A stretch of 32,000 nucleotides of DNA. It comes from Candidatus Heimdallarchaeota archaeon. Its GTDB lineage: Archaea > Asgardarchaeota > Heimdallarchaeia > Heimdallarchaeales > Heimdallarchaeaceae. Below are positions 1 through 9,990 of the stretch, in pieces; the first letter of the stretch is position 1; each line of letters opens with the position of its first letter. The notes beneath the pieces were generated by a model. It saw only the letters and a list, made by a program, of their open reading frames with translations, did no database searches and had not been told where the DNA came from. Location: positions 5,849 through 37,848 of the forward strand of contig DAOVER010000030.1 in NCBI GenBank assembly GCA_030668875.1, read 5' to 3'. Position numbers and translations under genes: made by a program.

Positions 1-89
1 TAAATTCACCCTCCATATCATGTTTTTTTTGTTGTTTAGACATCTTTTCCAAGACAAATTATATCAACAGCAAATAAACTTTTCGTAAG

Positions 90-177
90 ACTTGCAATTT
101 GCACACCATTTGCAAAACTTTATATGCGCTTCTAACAATTGTCACATAACTTGCAATTTGCACGTTCTGTGCAAAAC
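90..177 (+). promoter_or_regulatory. Promoter of the MFS gene: TATA-like box between two 29-bp direct repeats (candidate operators)
   Basis: ACTTGCAATTTGCACaccattTGCAAAAC (90-118) and ACTTGCAATTTGCACgttctgTGCAAAAC (149-177) are 24/29 identical, each with a near-palindromic TGCA-ATT-TGCA core. TTTATAT lies at 119-125. Confidence 0.55.
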
Positions 178-191
178 AAATACACGTTACG

Positions 192-1532
192 ATGATAAAA
201 ATGTCAAAAAACGAGAATAATTTACAATCAAAGAATAGCTATAAGCGGTTGATGCCTCTGTGGATAGCCATTTTCATGGATGTTTTAGGATATACTTTAT
301 TAATCCCCTTATTTCCCACTATAAAGGTACTTTTTAGCGCTACTAACTTTCAAGTAGCAGCTTTAATGTCAGTTAATGCATTTTTCACTATAATCTTTGG
401 GTTATTACTTGGAAAATTGTCAGATAAATTTGGTAGAAAACCCATACTTCTAATTTCACAAATTGGTACTTTAGTTGGATTTGTCGTCTTTGCATTTTCA
501 AATAGCTTAACCATGCTTTACATTTCGAGAATAATTGATGGCTGTTTTGGGGGTAATTTCCCCGTATGCAAAGCGATAGTTAGTGACTCTGTTCCCTTTA
601 AAGATAGGAGTAAACAAATGGCTAACATAAGTGTTGTTTTTGCTTTATCAAATGTTATAGGTCCCGGAATGTGTGGACTGTTATCAACTATTGGTTCAGG
701 TCTTATAGGTCCTGGAATGTTTGGTGTTGTCCTCTCGGCTATATCAATTATAATTACTATCTTTCTGATAAAAGAAACATCACCTATTAAAACTGGAAAG
801 TTATTACTAGGTGAAAAAACCATTGAAACGGAAAAAATAGACTTGCTAGTTTCAAGTGATAGACGTATTTCTAGAAACAAAACCGCGATGATATTACTCA
901 CTCAATTTGGATTTCACGCTCTTGCACTGATGATCATCTATTCAAATATGACCCTTTTTGGAAATGAAAAACTTGGCTTAACTACTGTCTATTTAGGAAT
1001 ACTACTTTCAATAGCAGGGTTATTTCAAATAGTCTTCAGGTTCACTGTTTTCCCTCTGCTTCTAAAACATCTGGGAGAAAAGAAATTTTCAACTCTTGGA
1101 TTAGGGTTGTTCATCATAGATTATGCTTTAATAGGATTTGTTAATAACGAATGGCAACTCGTTTTAGCTATTCTTGGACATTCACTTGCTGCAACTGTAT
1201 CAAGAGGAATACTAATTAGTTTCATTTCTCGCTCTGTAGACCCTCGTGATCAAGGTAAGATTCAAGGTTTGAGTTCTGGTTTGGATACTCTAGCACAATT
1301 ATTTGGCCCTTTAATAGGCGGGTTCATAATCTCAAATTGCAGTCTGTATTGGTATGGTTTAGTACCTGCTATCATAGCGATAATTCCTTTTGCAATGGGT
1401 TTTATTCCTTTAAGATTTAAAGGAGAAGAGACGAGATATGAGAAAGAAACAACCAAAATTCCTCAATCAGTAATTCCTAATGCTTCAGGATCTCAAGAAA
1501 GTACTGTTTCAGCTGAAGGAAGGAGTAAATGA
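192..1532 (+). CDS. Major facilitator superfamily transporter (TetA/DHA1-like efflux type)
   Basis: About 12 hydrophobic segments, MFS motif A (GKLSDKFGRKP), SRIIDG and GPGMCG/GPLIGG motifs. Confidence 0.92.
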   Translation: MIKMSKNENNLQSKNSYKRLMPLWIAIFMDVLGYTLLIPLFPTIKVLFSATNFQVAALMSVNAFFTIIFGLLLGKLSDKFGRKPILLISQIGTLVGFVVFAFSNSLTMLYISRIIDGCFGGNFPVCKAIVSDSVPFKDRSKQMANISVVFALSNVIGPGMCGLLSTIGSGLIGPGMFGVVLSAISIIITIFLIKETSPIKTGKLLLGEKTIETEKIDLLVSSDRRISRNKTAMILLTQFGFHALALMIIYSNMTLFGNEKLGLTTVYLGILLSIAGLFQIVFRFTVFPLLLKHLGEKKFSTLGLGLFIIDYALIGFVNNEWQLVLAILGHSLAATVSRGILISFISRSVDPRDQGKIQGLSSGLDTLAQLFGPLIGGFIISNCSLYWYGLVPAIIAIIPFAMGFIPLRFKGEETRYEKETTKIPQSVIPNASGSQESTVSAEGRSK

Positions 1533-1642
1533 GGTAGGAAGTTAAGCTTACACAATAGTCTGTTTAACCTACTTCTCCTCCCATTATTTGTATCCTAAAA
1601 ATCTAAAAATAGACGAAAGAGAAAAAAATTGATTTTTCTCCT

Positions 1643-3895
1643 TTATTCTTTCTTTTTCTTATATGTTCTAATTTGTAAATGTCCTACAGCTAGAACTGCA
1701 AGAGTTATAACGGTCATTAGGGGTGAAATTGGTATTGTTCCTACATTTAGTTCAACGATGATACTATCTGTTATGATGCAATTTCCCCAAGTATCAAAAA
1801 CGTATATTTGGTAGCTAAAGAAACTTATATTCTCTGGAATCTGAAGAGTGAATATATACTTATCTAAATCATCATCATAGATGGTTTCGTTTTTCCATCC
1901 TTCACCGAAATCATAAGATAAAATCACTTTGTCTATTCCAGATTCATCTGATGCTTCTACGGTTATTTCTACCTCCTCTCCACTTTTAGGTTTTTTAGGA
2001 TCAAGTTTGATATCTATTATTTCTGGTGCAAGTTCTTCATGAAAGATTAAACTCTTTGTAGCTGATATGCGACTGTTGCCTTCGTTATCTGTTGCATAAA
2101 TCTTATACATAAGACACCTTACTGATTCTTCATTAGATATACTTACAGAATATATATTTTCTCCTGATTCTGACATTGAAACATTTGTCCACCCTGAAGT
2201 TGTATTATATGACAGAATAACTTCTGCTAACCCATGTCCATCAATTATTTCACTATAAAAACCTACATTTGCACCAAATCCAGGACTTTCAGGTGTTGTT
2301 GTAATAGTGGAGAAGTAGGGTCTACTGTCAATATTTATCGATAATTCATAGCTATAGTTTAAGCTGTAACCATCTATAATTACGCCTAAATATGCTGAAC
2401 AATTTTCTGTAGCGACATATTGCACCTCTTTTGGATCATCTGATGTGTCGTCATAATCCACTATCCGTCCTAATGCATTGTACATATAGATGTTTAGTTC
2501 CCCTAAATCATCTGCAGTGAGCTCTGCAGTAATTTTGTCACCTGCAACAAGGTTTACTGCAAAATACTCATCTATTGTTGCTGTAACGATTTTTGTTTCA
2601 TCATCACTTAGGGTGTAAAGCGCATCTGGTAGGGCATCGCGCCAAGCGTAAATAAATTCTCCCCAACTACTGTTAATAGCGAAATCTAAACCATAATAAG
2701 GATTAGGACTCTGATTTACGTATTGATCACCACTATTAGCATAAAACTTTTGGTAGTCTTCATTAGGTATCCTTGGGAAATAAATCCACAACCCAAAGGG
2801 GTGCACCGGGTAAGAAGAATAACTCATGATATTAATGTCCTCAAGAGCTGTTTGAGTTTCTGATGCTTGTTGTACGATTTCTATTGAGGTACTATCTTGT
2901 AGGTTTACAACAAATTCGTAAAGTTCAGCACCATAGTTGGGATAACCGTCAGAATTCGCTAACTCACGCGCAAGACCTATTTCTTCTGCATAAGTATCCA
3001 GATTATCAATAAGTACTATAGCGAGTTCATCTATCTCTGTTTGAACATAAGTCATATCAGTTGTATTCCAGATGCCAAAAGCAACTCCTAAACCATATTG
3101 ATCCACATATGTTGTGCAAATATGTTCTCCCAAAACATCACCAGTCATGTAAGGATCAGCTAAGAGATAAGGTAAGAAGTTTTCATAGTCCCATCCATCT
3201 CCTGGTTCATTTAACAATGAAACACCAACATAATCGGCGCTAGGACTTATTTCATAGACAATTTCGTATTGACCCATTATACATGCATCCATACCAATGA
3301 AATCAAAATGATATCCATCAAGTGCTTCTTGGAGTTCATTAATGCCTATGCAATTATCATTGTTGTCCCAATCCCAACATATGCCCTCTAGACCACCACC
3401 ATGATCCCAAAGACTAAGACCATATCTTTCTGCAGGGTAATTAGTCATAACAAAATCAACAAAGTTGGTGAGTGTCTCTCCCTTACCCATATTCAATTCT
3501 CCCTCTTCGCTAATCAAAGTAGATTCTATCTCTATATCATCAGAACCTGCTTCAATGTAGTAAATTCTTGCCTCAGTCCACGTTACACCATACTCTGAAT
3601 CACCACCGCTATCGCTTTCACATAAGTCAACTAAAACTATGATATTAACATCAGCTGTTGACCCACCTGCTGCTTCCATCTCATTGATGTCATCAAGGGC
3701 TGCTGCTTCAAGATTGTTATCCCCATCTAAGTAAACCATAAAGGTCCATTCTTTCATTACAGGAGCATCATCTAGTCTAGACATTTCTCCTGAGCTAGTA
3801 TGATCAGCTGAATGAGCACTGATAGAACTTGTAGACGAAGAATGTAGTACTAATAAACCTAATAACATGAAATAAACTGCTTGCTTCTTAATCAT
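1643..3895 (-). CDS. Secreted, membrane-anchored clostripain-family (peptidase C11) cysteine protease with C-terminal beta-sandwich domains
   Basis: N-terminal signal peptide, WTFMVYLDGDNNLE, catalytic His in LWDHGGG and Cys in DACIMG, then PPC/Ig-like segments, a C-terminal TM helix and KKKKE tail. Confidence 0.9.
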   Translation of the reverse strand: MIKKQAVYFMLLGLLVLHSSSTSSISAHSADHTSSGEMSRLDDAPVMKEWTFMVYLDGDNNLEAAALDDINEMEAAGGSTADVNIIVLVDLCESDSGGDSEYGVTWTEARIYYIEAGSDDIEIESTLISEEGELNMGKGETLTNFVDFVMTNYPAERYGLSLWDHGGGLEGICWDWDNNDNCIGINELQEALDGYHFDFIGMDACIMGQYEIVYEISPSADYVGVSLLNEPGDGWDYENFLPYLLADPYMTGDVLGEHICTTYVDQYGLGVAFGIWNTTDMTYVQTEIDELAIVLIDNLDTYAEEIGLARELANSDGYPNYGAELYEFVVNLQDSTSIEIVQQASETQTALEDINIMSYSSYPVHPFGLWIYFPRIPNEDYQKFYANSGDQYVNQSPNPYYGLDFAINSSWGEFIYAWRDALPDALYTLSDDETKIVTATIDEYFAVNLVAGDKITAELTADDLGELNIYMYNALGRIVDYDDTSDDPKEVQYVATENCSAYLGVIIDGYSLNYSYELSINIDSRPYFSTITTTPESPGFGANVGFYSEIIDGHGLAEVILSYNTTSGWTNVSMSESGENIYSVSISNEESVRCLMYKIYATDNEGNSRISATKSLIFHEELAPEIIDIKLDPKKPKSGEEVEITVEASDESGIDKVILSYDFGEGWKNETIYDDDLDKYIFTLQIPENISFFSYQIYVFDTWGNCIITDSIIVELNVGTIPISPLMTVITLAVLAVGHLQIRTYKKKKE

Positions 3896-4169
3896 AAAGT
3901 GGATATTGTTTTGACCCTTTTATTTTTTTTGGAAGCACTCCAGCTGTTCATTCTATCATGAATTGAGCTTCAAGTCTCTTTCACCTAAAAATTGTGGTTA
4001 TTTCATTAAATACTTATTATTGAGTGGCCTAGTTATGATAGTTATTGTGTCATTCTATCTATGTGGAAAAAGAAGGGAGGATGAAATGTTTTAACAAAAA
4101 ATGTGCTTATTTTGCTTCCACTGAATTTTTGCTAATTTTACATTTCACCCTAGTAACGAAGGTTTTCAG

Positions 4170-4769
4170 TTATACTATGTAGAAAGTTACAGGGAATATT
4201 CCTATAGTTAGTAATCCCCAAGTAGGATCGTCTACTCTCCAATGAATCTCAAGACAGTATGTACCTCTAGCTAGTTCCTCAGGTTTGAATAATACACCTT
4301 GCATGTACCACCAAACAGCTCCAAATTCTGAAAAAATAGCTGTTTTAATAGCAGTTCGTCGAGTTTCTAGTTCAACACCATTAAGTAATATCCCCATTGA
4401 AAACCATGAAAGAGCTTCAATCAATCCCCAATTGTTTTGAGGGAGACCAAAATAAGGCAACCAAGCCAAATCGCTTTCTTGCATAGCGTCACCCTGATAG
4501 ATTCCATGAGCATCTTCATATCGGAATGATTCTCCGTCAGACTTCAAAGAAATTCTTCCAGCTGCACCGGCTATAGGAGCTGCCAAGGGTTCAAGCCACC
4601 ATTCATTTTCTCCAGGACTATATTGTATAGCCATTGTTCCTCCTAGAGTTGTTTGAAAGTTAGCTAAAATGTCACCATAAGTTATGATACCTGTTTTAGC
4701 TGTGGCAACAGGGAGTAAAGCAAATATTCCACATAACATTACAACATAAGTTAGTTTTCGTAGTTTCAT
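4170..4769 (-). CDS. Hypothetical secreted protein (~199 aa)
   Basis: Signal peptide MKLRKLTYVVMLCGIFALLPVATA. GGTGA RBS lies 5 nt before the ATG at 4769, so the start is moved from the ORF-track value 4784. Confidence 0.75.
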   Translation of the reverse strand: MKLRKLTYVVMLCGIFALLPVATAKTGIITYGDILANFQTTLGGTMAIQYSPGENEWWLEPLAAPIAGAAGRISLKSDGESFRYEDAHGIYQGDAMQESDLAWLPYFGLPQNNWGLIEALSWFSMGILLNGVELETRRTAIKTAIFSEFGAVWWYMQGVLFKPEELARGTYCLEIHWRVDDPTWGLLTIGIFPVTFYIV

Positions 4770-5191
4770 TCTTTTCACCACCAAAGCTCAATTGAACTTT
4801 AGTAAAGATAACTTACATCGTTTAACTGAAAAAGGATATGTGAAAAGTACTAATGCAACGATTCTGCAACTTTTAATTACAGCCCTATTTTCTCGCTGAT
4901 TTGTAATTAGAAGAGGTGAAATGCCTGTCTGGGTTTAATAATATGATTCTACAGAACATTAATATACTTTCCAATATATTATACTTTTAGAAAATTATGA
5001 AAAAAATATCCTAATCATGTATGGACCAAACATGGAGGAAGACACTTATACTCGCCAAAACGCTACAACGATGATTGCTCCTGTCATCATATTGACAATT
5101 GTAAGGATATAACCATGCGATTTCTTTCCTTCTATTATTTTCTTTTTAGAAAAAACATTTAACCCCATTCCTTTATTTATTATATGATAAT

Positions 5192-6310
5192 ATGAGTAAC
5201 ACTGATATTAAACCCAAACCAAAACTCTCTTTCTTTCTTAAGAATCTTAGATTGCTTTGGAAATTAAAACGAGCCAATAGGAAGGTTGGTGAGGATTTTG
5301 TTAATGCCAACAAGAAGCTTCTAGAGCCTATCTATCCTGTTTCTGAAGGTAATAAAGGACCCATGGAAGAGGGTATGATTTATGTTATGTTTAACTCTGA
5401 AGGAAAAGAAGATCCGATCAAGATTAATACTGTTTTCAGGTTTTTCTGGGTTGATTCTCCTTCTCTTCGTTTATCTGTTCTCGATTCTTATATTGTTTCG
5501 GAAAAATTTTCTTCTAGACAGTGGGAAACATTCTACCCCAAAGGAGTTCTATTAAATAAATCAAAAAATCGTTATCATCAAGAAGTTGCTGAACCTGAAC
5601 TTGATTTTCTTATCGATGGCACTTGGGAAGAAGGTTATACCTTTGAGTTCCATGATAAAAAACTAGATATGAAAGCTAAATTGACTTATACTCCTCTTAC
5701 CCCCAAGGGGATCTTAGTCTATTATAATGGTAGAATGGCTATTAGTCCTTCTATGGCACAAGAATTCTATGATAGTTTTGCTTTCAAAGTTACAGGAGAA
5801 TTTATTGTAGAAGGTAAGAAAGTAGAAATCAAAAATGGGCGAGGAATTATTGAGCATGGGACAGGTATATTTTCTATTCTAAATATATACGACTGGCGAT
5901 GGCTTAACCTTCAATTTCCAGAAGGATCTATTCATTTATTCTATCATTCACTAGATATAAAGGACGAAGGAATATTTGAAGCAGGAGAAGGTGCTTTAGT
6001 TATGAATGATGAATGGTTCCATTTTCAACCATATGACTTCATGATAGAAGAGCAAGGCTACTCTGAAGATGAGAATATCCCCTCCAAAGTGCCAACAGAG
6101 TGGAAAGTAACTGGAGGAAAAGATGAGACAGGCAAACCTCTCTTAGTCTTGAAAGTTACAACTAATGCTAAAATAACTTGGATTGGTAAACTTGGTAAAG
6201 AAAACCAATTTATCACTAATTATGTTTTAACTGCTGAAGGTACCTGGAAAGGCAAGAAGATTAAAGGAAAAGGAACTATGGAGAATATAATGCATAGAAT
6301 AATAGAGTAA
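5192..6310 (+). CDS. Lipocalin-like/AttH-CrtC-like beta-barrel protein, function unknown
   Basis: 372-aa beta-rich ORF. Motifs GRGIIEHGTG...WRWLNLQF, PTEWKV and C-terminal EGTWKGKKIKGKGTME resemble AttH/CrtC/tocopherol-cyclase-like folds (recognition only). Confidence 0.55.
   Translation: MSNTDIKPKPKLSFFLKNLRLLWKLKRANRKVGEDFVNANKKLLEPIYPVSEGNKGPMEEGMIYVMFNSEGKEDPIKINTVFRFFWVDSPSLRLSVLDSYIVSEKFSSRQWETFYPKGVLLNKSKNRYHQEVAEPELDFLIDGTWEEGYTFEFHDKKLDMKAKLTYTPLTPKGILVYYNGRMAISPSMAQEFYDSFAFKVTGEFIVEGKKVEIKNGRGIIEHGTGIFSILNIYDWRWLNLQFPEGSIHLFYHSLDIKDEGIFEAGEGALVMNDEWFHFQPYDFMIEEQGYSEDENIPSKVPTEWKVTGGKDETGKPLLVLKVTTNAKITWIGKLGKENQFITNYVLTAEGTWKGKKIKGKGTMENIMHRIIE
6241..6310 (+). repeat. Repeat A: last 70 bp of the 5192-6310 gene, duplicated at 8702-8771
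   Basis: 68/70 identical to 8702-8771. Both differences are synonymous (ACC/ACT, GAG/GAA). Confidence 0.97.
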
Positions 6311-6559
6311 ATAATCACTATTTACTCCGCTTCTATTGCGAACTTTCTCCTATGTTATTAATGAGACAAGGAGATAGAATGTATTCATTATACCTAAACT
6401 AATTTTTCTCTCATTTAATTCTTCTGTACAATTAACTCTTGTCAATCTATTTAATAATTCAATACTTCCTTTCTTAAAATTGAGGTTTTTTTCTCTTCCT
6501 AATCTATGACTACTAAATGTGAGTAATAATCTTACTAGATTGCAATTGAGAATTTATTT

Positions 6560-8551
6560 TTAATTGGGAAAATACTGACTATTCTTTCGTCGTATATGGC
6601 AAAGAGTAACAAAGGACGCAAATAAAATTACGAAATAACCTTTTAGAATAGTAAACTCACCTATTATTACTACTGTTGGTTCATTTAAGGGATAAGGATC
6701 AATAGAAGAAGAAGAGCCAGTTATTAGATAATCACCCGTTCCACTATAATCCGACCAGTAATTTCCTTCATTAGTTTCAGGGTCATACCAAGTATTATTG
6801 ATCCCATCATCATAAGCTTGTACGGGGTTACTATTATTGACGAATGTATTATGGTGAATAAGGTTGTTATCTGAACCAGTCAAATAAACACCATAACCAT
6901 TATCGATAATAAGATTCCAAGAAAGAAGATTGAAGTCAGAAGAAGCAAGACGGATACCATGGTTAGTATTCGAGCTAAATATATTGTCCGTCAAAGAATT
7001 ATTATTTGAATCATAAGTATCGATGCCCATCAGATTATTTGAGTTGCAGGTATTATTTGTTAAAAAATTAAAATTAGAAGAATAAACAAGATTGACGCCT
7101 ATATCATTATTTGAACAATCATTATCCATCAAAGAATTACTAGAAGATGAAGAAATATACATGCCTTGATGATCATTTGAATTGCATAAATTATCCGTCA
7201 TAGAATTAAAGTCAGAAGAAGTATAAAGACAAATGCCCCAGCCATTATTTGAACAATCATTATCCGTCAAAGAATTATTATTAGAATTGTAAAGGTGGAC
7301 GGCATAAAAATCATTTAAGGTGAATGTATTGTTCATTAAAGAATTACTAGAAGAAAAACGAAGAGAGGTACCATGACGATAATTTGAGGTACATATATTG
7401 TCCGTCAAAGAATTATTATTAGAATAATCATGAAGATAGATGCCATGGTAAGTATTAAATCTGCAAGTATTTTTCGTTAAAGAATTGTTATTAGAAAAAT
7501 CATAAAGATAAACTCCATGATAATTACTTGAGCAATTATTGTTCATCAAGGAATTGAAGTCTGAAGATTCAATATAGAATCCGTATTCTTCATTTAAGAC
7601 GCATGTATTATTCGTTAAAGAATTATTATTAGAAAGTTCAATATATATGCCTTGATAATTATTTGAATTGCAATTATTATTTATCAAAGAATTAAAGTTA
7701 CAAGAATCATAAAGACGGATGCCCCAGCCATTATCTAAACAATCATTGTCCGTCAAAGAATTATCATTAGAAGAATCATAAAGATAGATTCCATAAAAAG
7801 AATTAAAGGTACACATATTGTCTGTCAAAGAATTATTATTAGAAGAAACAAGATAGATCCCATAACCATTGTTTGTACATAGATTCCTTTCCAAAGAATT
7901 ATTATCTGAAAAATGAAGATAGATACCTTGATGAGGATTATCAGAACAATTATTGTCCGTCAAAGAATTGTTATTAGAAGAAGCAAGATAGATCCCATGG
8001 TAATCATTTAAGTTGCAGGTATTATTCGTCAAAGAATTGTTATTAGAAGAAGCAAGATGGATCCCATAGCTATTATTTTGGCAGAAATTATTTTCTATCT
8101 TAGCAGTACCAGATGCAACACTATCAATGTAAATTCCATAAATACTAGCTACTCCTCCTGTATCAATAGAATTATTGCGGATAAAGAAATGTTTAGTGGT
8201 ACCACTGATATAGATTCCATGGACACCAGAAGTATTTATTTCCCACCCTTCAATAATATATGGGTCTCCAGAAGTACCTGAACCACTTGCTACACCATTT
8301 GCAGAAGTGAAGTCAGTATTATTATTTATCTCAATAGGCGCATGAGCAGAATAAGAGTAATCTAAAGAAAGCTGATAATCCATTGAACCTAAGGTTAAAG
8401 AACCACCCACTTCTGTTGTAGAACAACTTTGTATTGTTGTTTGATTATCTTGTCCATAAGTCTGTGAAGAGGATAAAATTAACCCTCCTACCAAACATAG
8501 TACAAGAAGGTAATATCTGATTGATTTGTGAGATTCTAACATTGAAAACAT
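6560..8551 (-). CDS. Secreted right-handed parallel beta-helix (NosD/CASH-like) cell-surface protein with C-terminal anchor
   Basis: Signal peptide, APIEIN...GSGTSGDPYIIEG cap, many ~22-23-aa GIxLxxSxNNSLTxNxCxxN repeats, NTWY...GNYWSDY cap, then GEF plus TM helix plus RRK. Confidence 0.9.
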   Translation of the reverse strand: MFSMLESHKSIRYYLLVLCLVGGLILSSSQTYGQDNQTTIQSCSTTEVGGSLTLGSMDYQLSLDYSYSAHAPIEINNNTDFTSANGVASGSGTSGDPYIIEGWEINTSGVHGIYISGTTKHFFIRNNSIDTGGVASIYGIYIDSVASGTAKIENNFCQNNSYGIHLASSNNNSLTNNTCNLNDYHGIYLASSNNNSLTDNNCSDNPHQGIYLHFSDNNSLERNLCTNNGYGIYLVSSNNNSLTDNMCTFNSFYGIYLYDSSNDNSLTDNDCLDNGWGIRLYDSCNFNSLINNNCNSNNYQGIYIELSNNNSLTNNTCVLNEEYGFYIESSDFNSLMNNNCSSNYHGVYLYDFSNNNSLTKNTCRFNTYHGIYLHDYSNNNSLTDNICTSNYRHGTSLRFSSSNSLMNNTFTLNDFYAVHLYNSNNNSLTDNDCSNNGWGICLYTSSDFNSMTDNLCNSNDHQGMYISSSSSNSLMDNDCSNNDIGVNLVYSSNFNFLTNNTCNSNNLMGIDTYDSNNNSLTDNIFSSNTNHGIRLASSDFNLLSWNLIIDNGYGVYLTGSDNNLIHHNTFVNNSNPVQAYDDGINNTWYDPETNEGNYWSDYSGTGDYLITGSSSSIDPYPLNEPTVVIIGEFTILKGYFVILFASFVTLCHIRRKNSQYFPN
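6960..8070 (-). repeat. Intragenic tandem coding repeats (~66-69 bp period) of the beta-helix gene
   Basis: Recurrent GTCCGTCAAAGAATTATTATTAGAAG-like units on the + strand, matching the NNSLTDN protein repeats. Confidence 0.85.
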
Positions 8552-8636
8552 AAAATTATTCCAACCTACCTACCTTTAGTAAGTTACTTTTTCCTTTTAA
8601 GGATTATGGAAAATGGGCCTTTGAGATAATATATAC

Positions 8637-8771
8637 ATAAAAAAGGAGTTAATAAGATTTAACTCTTTATGCTTTTCTGCTATTTTTTCTGCCATTACGT
8701 CTACTTGGAAAGGCAAGAAGATTAAAGGAAAAGGAACTATGGAGAATATAATGCATAGAATAATAGAATAA
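8637..8771. repeat. Chimeric junction B'|A': copy of the fprA 3' end and T-tract (8637-8703) fused to a copy of the 5192-6310 gene 3' end (8702-8771)
   Basis: 8654-8703 matches 10008-10057 at 47/50, and homology extends through ATAAAAAAGG (8637-8646 vs 9989-9998). 8702-8771 matches 6241-6310 at 68/70. The two pieces share a 2-bp TA overlap. Confidence 0.95.
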
Positions 8772-8819
8772 TTTGCTGAATATCTTGGAATGATCATATT
8801 ATAGGTTGTGGATGTTTTT

Positions 8820-9689
8820 TTACATCTCTTCAAGAATTGTTTTTTTGATTGTTTGTGTGAATTCATATACACTTGGTTTGGTATGACAGTAATCATATGA
8901 TTGTATATCGATAAACTTGCTGTTTAATATTAATTCATGAATCATTTGAATTTCATCAGATTCATGATATTTATCATCTGGTGTTCTAACAATGAAAACA
9001 GGAATCTTCATTTTCTTAAAATCCTCTGTTGCATCCCAATAATGTAAATCTCTACAAGGTTTCCATCTTTGTAGATCAGCATTTTTGATTCTGTCATAGA
9101 AGACTTGTTTTTGAAACCCATCAGCTACTTTATTCCTAAAATATATTCTAGCAACCAGCTTTCCTAGAGAATTCAACACAAAAGCAGGAAATAAGGAAAA
9201 GATATTTATTAATTTACTTGGAGCTCGTGGTTTTCTAGCTGGGCCTGTCAAGAAACAACCTTTTGATGTAATCATGTTTTGCCCTACTAGGTGTGCAACA
9301 TAACTTGCACCAATACTAGAGCCAAAAAGAACTAATTTCTTTTCATCAAGCTTTAGAAATTTAATTGCTTCAGCTAAATCAAGAGCAATTCGATGAACTG
9401 AACACTCACTGCTTTTCATCAATTTATTAGACTTCTTCTCTCTTGGATCAACAATAACTAGATTGAATTCTTGATGTAAAGCATCCCAAAAGTCATTCCA
9501 AGTGAAATATCCTGATGCGAAACCTTGAACAAAGAAAAAGACAATATCAGATTTCGTTTTGTCACCTAAGGAATACTGACAAAAAATTTTTTGACCATCA
9601 GACATTTGGATATAAACTTTGCTTGATTCTTTAAGGAAAATAGTGTCCTGAGTTTCTTTTTCTACACATGAATTTCTTTTCATATACAT
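8820..9689 (-). CDS. Alpha/beta hydrolase fold protein
   Basis: VQGFASG oxyanion-like motif, nucleophile elbow GSSIG, DDKYH acid region and late His (YCH). Confidence 0.85.
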   Translation of the reverse strand: MYMKRNSCVEKETQDTIFLKESSKVYIQMSDGQKIFCQYSLGDKTKSDIVFFFVQGFASGYFTWNDFWDALHQEFNLVIVDPREKKSNKLMKSSECSVHRIALDLAEAIKFLKLDEKKLVLFGSSIGASYVAHLVGQNMITSKGCFLTGPARKPRAPSKLINIFSLFPAFVLNSLGKLVARIYFRNKVADGFQKQVFYDRIKNADLQRWKPCRDLHYWDATEDFKKMKIPVFIVRTPDDKYHESDEIQMIHELILNSKFIDIQSYDYCHTKPSVYEFTQTIKKTILEEM

Positions 9690-9821
9690 ACTTCCTTTAA
9701 GTCTATGTGAGGAAACAATGTAATCTAAAGCTTTTAACTCCTGTAGATAATATTACTTAGTGAGTGATTTTCCAATTTAAAACATTTTTTGTCTTTATTT
9801 CTTTCTTAGTTACATTTTATA

Positions 9822-9990
9822 TCAGAGGAAAGTGTTTTGTTCTAACAACAAGGCACACCATTAAAACAATCGAATCGATTTCTATGTTAATCTCTATATT
9901 ATTTTATCATTTTTGTCTCTCTTCTGTACAATCACATTTTCCAACTCAAGTTGCTTCAAGAATTTCATTATTCCGAGGGGTCTCAATGAT
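9822..9990 (-). pseudogene. Possible decayed fragment of a winged-helix regulator
   Basis: The minus frame reads MKFLKQLELENVIVQKRDKNDKII*RLT*KSIRLF*, which resembles a wHTH recognition helix plus wing (L..LE...I....YRLT.K) with in-frame stops. Confidence 0.35.

Noticed and set aside
4900-5160. Short plus-strand frames upstream of the lipocalin-like gene
   Set aside because: Fragmented across frames with no consistent start; unsupported.
6419-6431. 13-bp match TCTTCTGTACAAT between the two cassettes (also near 9919-9931)
   Set aside because: It is short, in non-equivalent positions and plausible by chance in AT-rich DNA.
6960-8070. Regularly spaced repeats suggesting a CRISPR array
   Set aside because: The units are degenerate, in-frame coding repeats of a beta-helix protein, with no unique spacers or cas genes.
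8597-8896. 99-aa minus-strand ORF containing MAEKIAEKHKELNL
   Set aside because: It is a read-through of the chimeric B'|A' junction plus the hydrolase 3' end, not an independent gene.
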